The notes: generated from the sequence alone by a model not told the origin. A stretch of 64,000 nt of DNA from an uncultured Gammaproteobacteria bacterium (GCA_965231125.1 OZ246414.1:512137-576136), one strand, 5' to 3'; counted from the first letter of the stretch, positions 20,468-29,728 are shown. Numbers and translations: made by a program.

Positions 20468-21052
20468 ATGGTAAAAACTGCCAAACCAATCCTTTTCTCG
20501 GCCATTCTACTAATATCTGTATTTGTCTTTGCTTCCCTAGTCCTCGCAATTAACCCACAAGCAGCAAACTCTCAAGCCCAAAATGTCGCAACCCGCTCGG
20601 CAATAGGTAAAGAAAAATTGGCAGCGGCAAAATTAATTGTTTGTCAAAAAATGGAAGCTGCAATCCAAAAACGCTCAACTAAAATGGCAGATAGGTCAGC
20701 GAATATGGAAAAGGTTTTTGACTCAATTGCCGCTAGAGTTGAAGTTTACTACACAAATACGCTCTTACCAAAGGGCAAGACAGTCACCAATTACGACTCG
20801 CTAGTTGCTGATATTGCAACAAAAAAGGCAGCTGTTGCAACTGAAATTACCAGTGCCCAAACAGATTCTTCAAGTTTCAGTTGTAGTACAGCAGATCCAA
20901 AAGGCCAAATGACAGTATTCCGAGAAGATATGCAAGCAGTTATTAAATCCTTGAAGGAATACCGTACTTCAATTAAAAACTTAATTGTAGCAGTCCGTTC
21001 CGTAACTGGAGCAGAAAATTCTGCCACCAAAAGTAGTGGGGTAAACCAATAA
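20468..21052 (+). CDS. Secreted helical hypothetical protein
   Basis: Signal peptide, two Cys, helical composition. Confidence 0.8.
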   Translation: MVKTAKPILFSAILLISVFVFASLVLAINPQAANSQAQNVATRSAIGKEKLAAAKLIVCQKMEAAIQKRSTKMADRSANMEKVFDSIAARVEVYYTNTLLPKGKTVTNYDSLVADIATKKAAVATEITSAQTDSSSFSCSTADPKGQMTVFREDMQAVIKSLKEYRTSIKNLIVAVRSVTGAENSATKSSGVNQ

Positions 21053-21336
21053 TGGATACAAATACGACACCAACAACTCCAGCGATGGGGCCAAAAAAAG
21101 ATAACAAAGTCGCCTATCTTGTGATTGGTATTGTAGTGGTACTGATTGCTATAGCAGCAATCTGGTACGCTTCGGTAACTAGACAACCTACATCTCAACC
21201 GCCAACAACCCAGGTAGATAACAGCATCAAAAATGATTCAGATTTAACCTCGGTTGAAAAGAGCCTTGATTCATCAGACATTGACGGTCTAGGGTCTGAA
21301 TTAGACCAAAACGATACTGACGCCTCTCAGTTTTAA
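21052..21336 (+). CDS. Single-TM hypothetical protein with acidic tail
   Basis: Coupled to previous gene; one TM; D/S-rich C-terminus. Confidence 0.75.
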   Translation: MDTNTTPTTPAMGPKKDNKVAYLVIGIVVVLIAIAAIWYASVTRQPTSQPPTTQVDNSIKNDSDLTSVEKSLDSSDIDGLGSELDQNDTDASQF

Positions 21337-21440
21337 CTTCAAACAAGACGCGATTTAAGGAACCTCTGGCCTCATGAACTCCTTTAATTTCACCATAGAA
21401 AAACTCGACCGTTTTCTCCTACTCAGTTATAATTTGTTTA

Positions 21441-22514
21441 ATGTCTAGTCTAAAAAAGAAGAACGTACTTTTAACTGGGTACTTACCGCTAATTTTTGTA
21501 GCATTTTTCCTTTTATTTCCCACAACAGCATTTGCACACGAGCAGTATGTTTTGACAAAACATCAACTTGGCAGTGGATTTGCTGACAAAAGCACAAACG
21601 TTCTAAAGGCTTTAGAAACCCCTGGGAACTTGATAATAGCTCTATTTGTAGGAATCGGAATTTTGAGCGTAGTAGCTTTTTATTTTTTCTTCCAATACTC
21701 AAAACTTGGAAAATTACTTAACCAGAAACTGTATAAACTCGAAAATATTGGGCATTTCTTGATACGAATTTCACTTGCCGTTTCCTTGCTTGCCTCCGCC
21801 TACTTCCACGCCTTCTTAGGTCCAGAGCTTCCAGTTACTAGCATATTTTTAGGTAACTTGCTCATACCAATAATGTATGCCTTAGGATTTTTACTGCTTT
21901 TTGGACTTTTCACCAGAATTACTTCTTTGCTTGGTATTTTAATCCTTGTTGTGGCAACCTTTGTTTATCGGGACTATATGATTACTTATTTTAATTACTA
22001 TGGAGAATACTTAGCTTTAATAATTTTTGGGTCTTATTTTTTATCAATAGACAACAAACTTTTCGGTATCTCAAAATTTATTAGAAAATACAAAGATCTG
22101 GAAATTCTTATTCTCAGAGTAACTTACGGATTATCAGTTATGTACCCTGCTATCACCATCAAACTTTTGCATCCGGCAATAATTGTCGAAATTTATAACC
22201 AGTATCATTTAGATAGGGTTTGGTGGCTTTTCCCGCAAGATGCTTTACTTACTTCGCTGGGAACTGGTTTGGCACAAATCTTGGTTGGAGTGTTTATAAT
22301 TATTGGATTTGAAACACGTCTTGCTGCTTTTGTAACTTTTCTTTTATATTTTGGCTCCGTGGTTTATTTCCAAGAGGCAGTTTGGCCTCATGTAGTTCTG
22401 TTGGCGCTGGCGTTTTACTTTGTTATCAACAATGGAGGGAAATTCACGATTGATAATATAATTGAAAATCGCCTTTTTAATAAGATGAACAAAAAAGAGG
22501 AAAAAGCTCTTTAG
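21441..22514 (+). CDS. DoxX-family duplicated membrane protein
   Basis: AHEQYV start, two DoxX-like halves (LLLFGLFTRI; IIGFETRLAA; EAVWPH). Confidence 0.8.
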   Translation: MSSLKKKNVLLTGYLPLIFVAFFLLFPTTAFAHEQYVLTKHQLGSGFADKSTNVLKALETPGNLIIALFVGIGILSVVAFYFFFQYSKLGKLLNQKLYKLENIGHFLIRISLAVSLLASAYFHAFLGPELPVTSIFLGNLLIPIMYALGFLLLFGLFTRITSLLGILILVVATFVYRDYMITYFNYYGEYLALIIFGSYFLSIDNKLFGISKFIRKYKDLEILILRVTYGLSVMYPAITIKLLHPAIIVEIYNQYHLDRVWWLFPQDALLTSLGTGLAQILVGVFIIIGFETRLAAFVTFLLYFGSVVYFQEAVWPHVVLLALAFYFVINNGGKFTIDNIIENRLFNKMNKKEEKAL

Positions 22515-22643
22515 TAAGGCAATACTTTAGAGAAGATAAAATCTTTAACCAACACCTTTCAACGTGTCCTTACTAACCACCTACATGTAGAGTCCGTCGT
22601 AAAACGTCTAATAAATTACAGTGCTCTAAAAATTCACTAATCC

Positions 22644-22817
22644 TCAGTGAGACGATATTGCCTCAGATGGAACCAGTTTTTCTTCAAATTTGTGACAGTT
22701 GGAACAAAGCTCCTCGTGAAATCTACACTCGTATCCTTGATGAGCGAAAACCCCGTATTTTGGATGATAAACTAGATCTCCTTTTTTAAAACGACGAACT
22801 TCTTTTTTTGAAAGCAT
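22644..22817 (-). CDS. Small hypothetical protein (57 aa, not in ORF track)
   Basis: MLSKKEVRRFKKGDLVYHPKYGVF..CSNCH; N-terminus resembles Tudor-like F.xGD.V.HP.YG starts. Confidence 0.4.
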   Translation of the reverse strand: MLSKKEVRRFKKGDLVYHPKYGVFAHQGYECRFHEELCSNCHKFEEKLVPSEAISSH

Positions 22818-22855
22818 AGATTTGACTGTTCTTAAATCTAACCAAAATGACCTCT

Positions 22856-23542
22856 TTAATTTAGTGAAGACGCTACCGGCAACACGTCGGCAAAAACGAA
22901 GTTATCTCTGGTAACAATTTCTCCAACCTCAATAGAAAGAGGGTGAGAAAACATCGGGCCAGCGTAAACGAACGTGTGAAACTCACCATTTTCTCCGCAG
23001 GCATCGGCTCCTTTCGGCAAGTCGCTTAAAAAGTCTTGATCCCAATCCCTGCCAGCGAAATTTTCTGTCAAGACCCTGGGATCAACGCAGGTCACCACTG
23101 CCCGCAAACCACCATCAAGCATTTCGGTAGCGAGGGCACCTGTCGGTTTACCCCACAGAGGAAAAATTAGTTCCAAGCCAGTACCAGCCATTTTCTTTTC
23201 CCGGTAGCGACGGATATCCTCAAGGAAAAGGTCACCAAAGGCAACGGTTGTAATTCCAGCTTTCTTGGCCTTCTCCAAAGCACTACTTATCGCTTTTTCG
23301 TACTGTTCATTAGTACAAAGGTTCGGTATGGGCACAGACCAGAGTTTTAGGCCGGCTGCCGTTGCTTGAGCTTCTAGCAACTCTCGACGTACCGAATGCA
23401 TAGCAACCCGATCAAATTCCTCGTTTATGGTCGTCAGGAGTCCCACCACCTCAAGACCGGGTTCCTTTCTAAGAGTTGCTAGGCTCCAGGCGCTATCTTT
23501 ACCACTCGACCAAGATAAAAGAACACGTCGTGGGGATTTCAT
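22856..23542 (-). CDS. DUF71/MJ0570-type PP-loop ATPase (diphthine-ammonia ligase-like)
   Basis: SWSSGKDS, RVAMH, FGDLFLED, CGENGEFHTFV. Confidence 0.92.
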   Translation of the reverse strand: MKSPRRVLLSWSSGKDSAWSLATLRKEPGLEVVGLLTTINEEFDRVAMHSVRRELLEAQATAAGLKLWSVPIPNLCTNEQYEKAISSALEKAKKAGITTVAFGDLFLEDIRRYREKKMAGTGLELIFPLWGKPTGALATEMLDGGLRAVVTCVDPRVLTENFAGRDWDQDFLSDLPKGADACGENGEFHTFVYAGPMFSHPLSIEVGEIVTRDNFVFADVLPVASSLN

Positions 23543-24468
23543 AAAGGTAGTGAAACTTTCTCAGGCAATTTTAGAGCTTCAGTTTGATTAGGAGAACCAA
23601 AGACTTCTGGATGGAGAATTTTAGCTAAGATTTCTAGACCTTTATCAATAACACGCGGGCCAGATTGGTTAAAGAAGCTGGGCCCATCTACTATCCAAAC
23701 TTGACCCGTCTGAACTGCTGTGAGAGTATCCCAACCCTGAAATTTTAAACTTCTAATCTCGGCCTTTGTTTTCTCTACGGGAAACCCACAAGGCATCATG
23801 ATAATAATCTCCGGATTTTTGTCGAGTAAAGCCTCCCAAGGAACTTTCCTGGAAGGCCTGCCGGCAATTCCCAAAACTTCTTCTCCGCCAGCCACATCAA
23901 CCATTTCCGGTACCCAGTGACCAGAGGCAAAAAGAGGATCAAGCCACTCCAGACAAAAAACGCGTGGCTTTTCCAAGTGAGAGGTTTGAGATCTGAAATC
24001 CTCAACTTTGGTTCTCAATTTTTCGACTAATTTTTGAGCCTCTACCTTACGTTCCAAAGTTTTCCCAACCCTTAAAATGTCTTCAAGAATTTCCTTAAGG
24101 TTAGTCGGGTTGAGTACTATCAACTCCGGCTTGTTGGGTAGATCGCGAATGACTACGTTAACATCCTCTGGTGTGATTGCACAAACATCACAAAGCATTT
24201 GGGTGATCAAATGAGTTGGTGCCAAGGAGGTTAGTAGTTTTTTATCTAAGGAGTAAAGGCTTGCGTGCTCATGCATCTTTTTTTCAACGTGAGCGTCAAT
24301 TACCCTACTACTAGCGCTACTGTAATCAATATCAGTCGAACTTACACGAGGCTTGATCAAAACTTCTTTGGGATAGATACATTCGTGGGAAACGCCAACT
24401 AATTCCTTAGTTAAACCTAAAGAGCAAACGATTTCTGTCGCTGTTGGCAGAGTGGAAACAATCTTCAT
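23539..24468 (-). CDS. Cobalamin-binding protein (BtuF-like), no signal peptide
   Basis: KIVSTLPTATEIV, GVSHEC, TQMLCDVCA, LEWLDP, GHWVPEM, PCGF. Confidence 0.88.
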   Translation of the reverse strand: MKIVSTLPTATEIVCSLGLTKELVGVSHECIYPKEVLIKPRVSSTDIDYSSASSRVIDAHVEKKMHEHASLYSLDKKLLTSLAPTHLITQMLCDVCAITPEDVNVVIRDLPNKPELIVLNPTNLKEILEDILRVGKTLERKVEAQKLVEKLRTKVEDFRSQTSHLEKPRVFCLEWLDPLFASGHWVPEMVDVAGGEEVLGIAGRPSRKVPWEALLDKNPEIIIMMPCGFPVEKTKAEIRSLKFQGWDTLTAVQTGQVWIVDGPSFFNQSGPRVIDKGLEILAKILHPEVFGSPNQTEALKLPEKVSLPL

Positions 24469-25049
24469 GTAGTTAGAGCTAGGTTTCTATTCTTAGCTAG
24501 CCGTAAAACTAACTCATACGCACCAAAAAAACCTCCGGTGTAGAAGAGGTCGCCAAACAAAGTTCCTTGGAAGAAAGGAATGCCGGCAACATAACTTTCC
24601 CAAAGACCAAACAGGCCTCGGTCGTAGCTGCCAGCAAGCCACACTCCAGCGTTGGTGATTAAAAAGAATTGGACTGAACAAAATAGCGAGGCCGCAATAA
24701 CATTATTTATTGATTTATGCGAACGTAACCAAAGACCAATTAGTCCCGAAATTAAGAAGCTACCATAAACATAGATAATTCCACTGTAAAGGGCCGCTTG
24801 GGGTGGGTAAATGTGACTGAAGTCAATAAACTTTGATCCGAAAGGATGTATGTAAAGAAGTAAGTAGTCAGAGATTAAGAGAGTGGCCAGCGGGAGAACT
24901 AGCGAATAGCGCTTACTTAGATAAGTGCCTCCGAAAAGCCCCATGGCTGTAATCGGTGCAAAATTTGGTATATGAGGAACTAAACGTAATACTACCGCTG
25001 CGAGAACAAAGATAAGTGGGCCGGTGAGTTTTTCTAAAGTTTTTTGCAT
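24465..25049 (-). CDS. DUF6580/BtuM-like solitary S-component, predicted cobalamin transporter
   Basis: RLVPHIPNFAPITAMGLFGG, FFLITN, YVAGIPFF, GDLFY; B12 riboswitch operon. Confidence 0.85.
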   Translation of the reverse strand: MQKTLEKLTGPLIFVLAAVVLRLVPHIPNFAPITAMGLFGGTYLSKRYSLVLPLATLLISDYLLLYIHPFGSKFIDFSHIYPPQAALYSGIIYVYGSFLISGLIGLWLRSHKSINNVIAASLFCSVQFFLITNAGVWLAGSYDRGLFGLWESYVAGIPFFQGTLFGDLFYTGGFFGAYELVLRLAKNRNLALTT

Positions 25050-25057
25050 TTTCCTCC

Positions 25058-26314
25058 TTACCCTACAGTATTTTTTTCAAGTCGACTAGCTACTAATCGC
25101 AAAACTAAACCAGCTTCCAGAGCGATCAAACTAGCCAGCAAAAAATAGTTAATTTTAATTGGTTCGTTTTTATAATCAAGAGTTGGAACTAAAGAATCCA
25201 AACTAGGCGCAATTCCAGTATCTGGTAAAATACTTGCTGCTAAAACTTGACCTTGTTTATTGTTGTTTTGGCTAGTATTAATGCTTTGATTTTGGTTGTC
25301 CTGATTGTTTTGATTCTGGTCTTGATTATTCTGGTCATTACTATTTTGGTTGTCTCCTGGATTTGTAGAGGGTTGCGTGAAAGTTCCAGTAAATTCTCCA
25401 ACCGGAAAAGCCTTTTGTGCAAAAGCATTCAGCGCGTAACCGCTAGTGAAAGTATCCGCTCCAAATCCGGCCTGATATTGCACCCCGCCGCTGGTATCTT
25501 GCAAGCTAACCAAAAAGTTAAGACCGTCTTCCACTTCGCTATCATTGCCTAATACTGCTTGAACTACCCAAGCCGTTGAAGCACCGTCAGTTCCAAAACC
25601 GCTCTGGTACTCCCAACCGCCATTGGTTTGCTGCAAACCCAAGAGGTAGGCAGTACCGGTGTCAATCGCGTCGTCCAGCCCAGTGTTGGAAAAACCCTTG
25701 TCCTGAGCAGCTTTCAATGCTTCAACAGCTACGGCCGTGTCATTAGTATCACTGGCCCCGCTAACTTGAAAGCTCCAACCGTGATCGGCGTTTTGATTGG
25801 CGATCAGAAAATTAACACTGTCGGAAATAATGGTTTGGTTGGCACTCGGTCCGGCAGAAATTAAGGAGAGAATTCCAAAAATATCGTCATTCAAGAGGGT
25901 TGTCGAGCCAATTTGATTGCTGGAAGCGAAGCTTTGCACTTTGGCAACATAATTTCGACCGCCGAAAGTAAACGGGTTTTCGCCGGCAGCAGTAACGGCC
26001 AACAAATCCCTCTCCCAACCGGTAGTTGCAGTATCGATCGGTGGGTTGTTTTTCAGGAAATCGACTAGCGACACACCGCCGTTTTGCACGGTGTGTGGGT
26101 CAATTCCCACGGCCGCTAAACCCATCACCGTCCAACTAGTTTCCCCACCAAAACCGGTTATTTTACCGGTAGCGTCTTGATTAGCCTGCAAATAGGCAAC
26201 CAAGGAACTAATGTTGCTGCTATAATCGGGCACTGCCGCCAAAGCAGAAACAGGCGCTAGTAAAGTGGCAGAAAGCAGGGTTGTAAACAAGGCAGCTTTT
26301 CTTAAAGTAGACAT
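25058..26314 (-). CDS. Surface alpha/alpha-toroid protein (prenyltransferase/squalene oxidase repeats; transcobalamin alpha-domain-like)
   Basis: Signal peptide; repeats QNADHGW, QQTNGGW, QDTSGGV; LNDDIFGIL; N/Q linker; LPDTG then TM. Confidence 0.82.
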   Translation of the reverse strand: MSTLRKAALFTTLLSATLLAPVSALAAVPDYSSNISSLVAYLQANQDATGKITGFGGETSWTVMGLAAVGIDPHTVQNGGVSLVDFLKNNPPIDTATTGWERDLLAVTAAGENPFTFGGRNYVAKVQSFASSNQIGSTTLLNDDIFGILSLISAGPSANQTIISDSVNFLIANQNADHGWSFQVSGASDTNDTAVAVEALKAAQDKGFSNTGLDDAIDTGTAYLLGLQQTNGGWEYQSGFGTDGASTAWVVQAVLGNDSEVEDGLNFLVSLQDTSGGVQYQAGFGADTFTSGYALNAFAQKAFPVGEFTGTFTQPSTNPGDNQNSNDQNNQDQNQNNQDNQNQSINTSQNNNKQGQVLAASILPDTGIAPSLDSLVPTLDYKNEPIKINYFLLASLIALEAGLVLRLVASRLEKNTVG

Positions 26315-26327
26315 AATTTTACCTCCT

Positions 26328-26948
26328 TTATGTCGTTTTCCAAGTAATAATATTGTCTGGGCTCAAAGTATCCAAGGAAACACCCTTACCTTTCCCTGGT
26401 ACATCTTTCCCATCTTTATCTTTCACGGTATAAGTCCAGCACTCACAGTTGTGCCCATGGAGCTCGGTGATGTAGTAACTATTCAAGGGCGCACCGTACC
26501 AGCGGGCAACGAGCGAAAATTTATTCTCACTACTAGCCTTAACTAAGACATCATAAACCGTCATCCCAGCCGACCAGCTAACTTGATAAGGGTAATTGCC
26601 CGACCCAGTGTTGATGTTGAGAGTAACTGTTTGTTCAACTGGAGCCGGTGCGGTTGGAGTGGGATTTGAATTAGCCGAATTTTTATTGGAAGTTTGTTTT
26701 TGAGTTGTTTGGTAGGTAGTAGTTCCCTGAACTTGGTTTTTGGTAGTGGGTGGAGTAATAGTTTGTTGGTCGGCAGTGCTAGTCTCCTGAGTTTTGTTGC
26801 TAGTTGTAACTGTACTGCCTTGCGGTTTTGGTTCAGCCTTTTTCTCACTACCCAAAAACTTCGGTGTCGCAATTACCAAACCAATTACTAAAAGGGTTGG
26901 AATTAAGATTAAGTTTTTCTGCACAATGTTTTTTACTTTAGAAAACAT
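26328..26948 (-). CDS. DUF4430 (transcobalamin beta-domain-like) membrane-anchored protein
   Basis: TM + T/P linker + GMTVYDVL..YITEL.G...WTYTV...GV....DNIITW; start MFSKV at 26948. Confidence 0.8.
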   Translation of the reverse strand: MFSKVKNIVQKNLILIPTLLVIGLVIATPKFLGSEKKAEPKPQGSTVTTSNKTQETSTADQQTITPPTTKNQVQGTTTYQTTQKQTSNKNSANSNPTPTAPAPVEQTVTLNINTGSGNYPYQVSWSAGMTVYDVLVKASSENKFSLVARWYGAPLNSYYITELHGHNCECWTYTVKDKDGKDVPGKGKGVSLDTLSPDNIITWKTT

Positions 26949-26983
26949 AAAAGCCTTCTCTACTCGAGGCAAAGGAGGCTATC

Positions 26984-27013
26984 AAAAAACCTTCTCGAGC
27001 TACAAGAAGGTTT
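26984..27013 (-). terminator. Riboswitch-controlled intrinsic terminator
   Basis: AAACCTTCT...AGAAGGTTT hairpin followed by a T run on minus strand. Confidence 0.75.
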
Positions 27014-27049
27014 AAAAGATTGATATGACAATCCTTGCTCGAGGAACTT

Positions 27050-27126
27050 ACAAAGGCTTGGGTTCTGGGTTTACAGTAGCGGCACTCCCCTGGAATTGCA
27101 CCAGGATTCACTTAAACACCTTTGCT
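27050..27126 (-). promoter_or_regulatory. Cobalamin riboswitch aptamer
   Basis: Minus strand AAGTGAA-CCTGGTGCAATTCCAGG-GCCGCTACTGTAA-CCAGAA; closing CAAAGGT/GCCTTTG; upstream of B12-transport genes. Confidence 0.9.
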
Positions 27127-27147
27127 CTAAATTGTTAAAGTACTACG

Positions 27148-27176
27148 ATTTTAATCGTGTATATCAAAACTGTCAA
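27148..27176 (-). promoter_or_regulatory. sigma70 promoter of B12 operon
   Basis: TTGACA-17-TAAAAT on minus strand. Confidence 0.8.
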
Positions 27177-27303
27177 TACCCTTTTATGTAAACTAATAGT
27201 AGAATTACCAATATCGCTCTTCTTGACACTGATAGTTTGTTGGACGGTTTGAGGAACCTCTACCTTTCTTGACCTCAACTACAATCCGTTTATAATTTAG
27301 TTA

Positions 27304-28092
27304 ATGTCGCTTTCTATTTTTAAAAAATTGGCTGCTAAGGACATAATTCTAGCCACTCTGCTAATACTTCTAATTCCCAGTGCGTTATTCGTAGGTTGGG
27401 AAAAAGTAATTCTTCAAACAGTTATTTGTGCCTTTGTAACCATCTCTTTGGATCTTGGAATAAACTTTCTAAAAAAGACTAAATATTTCTTTCCAAAGGC
27501 TGGGTTAATCACTGGGCTGATAGTAGCCCTGGTACTCCCTATCGGCGTGAATCCATTGATCGCCGCTTTTGCTGCTCTGGTGGCAATTTTTAGCAAGCAA
27601 TTTATAAAGATAGGCCGTAATCATATTTTTAATCCCGCTACCTTTGGGTTGGTGGTTGCTGCTGTCTTGTTTAAAATTCCCCTTGGTTGGTGGGGGGACA
27701 ATCTAATCTGGCTAACGATCCCTTTGGGAATGCTAGCAGTGCTGCGAGCAAGAAAAGAGCTACAAGTAATCGGTTTTGTCGCCACCTACGTTTTGATTGA
27801 GTATCTGTTCATCAAGCTCTATATTCCAAACGACATCACTGCTTTGAAGACAGCCTTTGAGACCAATTCCTGGTTCTTTGCTCTTTTCATGGTGCCAGAG
27901 CCGATGACTTCTCTGCTTCCGTATCGACTCAGCCCTATTTTCGGTTTTATTGCAGCCTCTGCTGGGATTAATTTATCTTTAATTAAATTTACTCCCATTT
28001 CAAACAACTCGCTTTTACTTGGGCTTTTGGTTGCCAATGCTGTTGCTTTTATTTACCTTTTTCTTCAACGCAGAGAAGCTAAAGGACACTAA
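27304..28092 (+). CDS. RnfD/NqrB-family membrane protein (stand-alone)
   Basis: GLITGLIVAL, SKQFI...HIFNPA.FG, WWG, FMVPEPMTS. Confidence 0.82.
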   Translation: MSLSIFKKLAAKDIILATLLILLIPSALFVGWEKVILQTVICAFVTISLDLGINFLKKTKYFFPKAGLITGLIVALVLPIGVNPLIAAFAALVAIFSKQFIKIGRNHIFNPATFGLVVAAVLFKIPLGWWGDNLIWLTIPLGMLAVLRARKELQVIGFVATYVLIEYLFIKLYIPNDITALKTAFETNSWFFALFMVPEPMTSLLPYRLSPIFGFIAASAGINLSLIKFTPISNNSLLLGLLVANAVAFIYLFLQRREAKGH

Positions 28093-28696
28093 TGGTTCCG
28101 GTTATCGAAGGCCTTGTATGATCGTGCCAACCCCAGTTGCCTTTATTGTCAAACCTAAATGACCAACTACTTCCAGGACTAATCCCTCCAGAATCAAACC
28201 CAGGGTAGTCGGTATGTATAGGATGAGGATTACTCGCCGGCCAGCGAGTTTGGCTATCGTTATTCACCCACTTGATCGTATCCCCGCTATTGATGGTTAG
28301 GTTTAAGGCGGAATAAACCGCACCACTACTAATGGTCACGGTTACTGTTTTAGGAGAAGTCGAAGGTGGTGGGCTCGAAGGTGGAGGTGTGGTTGGGGGT
28401 TGGCTGGTGGGAGGAGTGCTGGTTGGTGACTCTTCGTTGTTGGTGCTGTCGGGGCTTGTAGAAGTTGAATTAGTAGAATCTTTTTTAGCCTCGCCACCTT
28501 CCTCTAAAGGCGGTGTGTTTTTATCTATTTTATTTATTTTTTCTTTTAATTGGAAAATTTCCTTGTTTTGTTGCCGAGAGGAATTCTCCGACTTTAGTTT
28601 CAGAGTGTAGTTTGCGACAGTAGCGGCTAAGAGAATAAAAACAACAAATATTAGAAGAGATATTTTGTAAGAAATTTTTCTAAACAAAAAAGCCAT
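28079..28696 (-). CDS. Membrane-anchored cupredoxin-like protein
   Basis: TM, P/T/S linker, LTINSGDTIKWVN, WPASNPHPIH, WGWHDH; start MAFLF at 28696. Confidence 0.8.
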   Translation of the reverse strand: MAFLFRKISYKISLLIFVVFILLAATVANYTLKLKSENSSRQQNKEIFQLKEKINKIDKNTPPLEEGGEAKKDSTNSTSTSPDSTNNEESPTSTPPTSQPPTTPPPSSPPPSTSPKTVTVTISSGAVYSALNLTINSGDTIKWVNNDSQTRWPASNPHPIHTDYPGFDSGGISPGSSWSFRFDNKGNWGWHDHTRPSITGTISVL

Positions 28697-28767
28697 TAGC
28701 TCTATTTTAGAATGCTTATAGAAAGTCCGCAACCAAAAGTTCAAATTGAAAATAATCGTTTTTCAGC

Positions 28768-28797
28768 GGTTCGAATCCCGACTCCTCTCTTAGGCAC
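28768..28797 (+). other. tRNA 3'-end remnants (att-like scar)
   Basis: GGTTCGAATCC followed by CGACT-CCTCT-CTTAGGC-A-C with T-stem/acceptor geometry, no 5' half. Confidence 0.55.
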
Positions 28798-28912
28798 AAG
28801 TTTTTACAAAAAAGAAGACTTTTACGGTTCGAATTCAGAGAAGAAAAATCTAGCTTTTTGCAAGCCAGTTAAAGCTATTTGAGGGAAGACGGTCACCATA
28901 GGGTGCCCGTAT

Positions 28913-28989
28913 TGGTGACCCCGGGGGGATTCGAACCCCCGATCTTCGGGATGAAAACCCGATATCCTAGACCACTAGACGACGGGGCC
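28913..28989 (-). tRNA. tRNA-Glu (TTC)
   Basis: GGCCCCG...TCGGG-TTTTCAT-CCCGA...GGTTCGAATCC...CGGGGTC-A-CCA. Confidence 0.97.
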
Positions 28990-29094
28990 AAACAAACTAA
29001 GAATTAATGAACTGAAATATTTTAACACAAACTATTCTTAGCCTCAAGTTTAAACGCTGCTCTTCTACCATTTAGATGCTAAAATTCAATTAAC

Positions 29095-29619
29095 ATGGAT
29101 ATTTCGATTAGACCTGCGAAGGCGAGTGATATAAAAGACTACACGGATTTACTTCAACGCACTTACGAGGCTTCGTATGTCAACGAAAAACTTGGTTTAA
29201 CTAAAGATTGTTTTTCAAAAGAAGTTTTCGCCACCAAAAATTCTCAAGACTATTTAAAAGGCAATCTGGTTGTAAACGACAAGCAAAAAACTTGGCTTGC
29301 TTTTCTAGGCTCAAAATTAATCGGATCAGTTACTATTGAGGATCAAGGTAAAGAGTGCGAGCTACGGGGTTTTTACGTCGCGGTAGAGCATCAAGGCACG
29401 GGAATTGGCAGGAAGCTTTGGAAAAAGGCTCTCGCTTTTGCGGCTGGCAAAAACGTTGGTCTTAATCTCTACGCCCACAACCAAAAATCTATCGAGATGT
29501 ACAAAAAGTGGGAATTTCAAATAGATCGCGAAAAAGGAGAGTTTTACCGCCACTGGCCAGAATGGCCCGAGGGACTTCGCGCCAAATGCCTCTACATGCG
29601 TCTTGAGAATTCTAAATAA
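29095..29619 (+). CDS. GNAT family acetyltransferase
   Basis: FYV..EHQGTGIGRKL, N.KSIEMYKKWEF. Confidence 0.9.
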   Translation: MDISIRPAKASDIKDYTDLLQRTYEASYVNEKLGLTKDCFSKEVFATKNSQDYLKGNLVVNDKQKTWLAFLGSKLIGSVTIEDQGKECELRGFYVAVEHQGTGIGRKLWKKALAFAAGKNVGLNLYAHNQKSIEMYKKWEFQIDREKGEFYRHWPEWPEGLRAKCLYMRLENSK

Positions 29620-29728
29620 TATTTTCTAACTTTGCAAAATTATAGGTCTTTACATCAATTCTTTTGCAGGGTATAATACGCCCTGGCTTGGAGAAAGATC
29701 GACGAATAGAAAGGATTGGAGGGATCAA

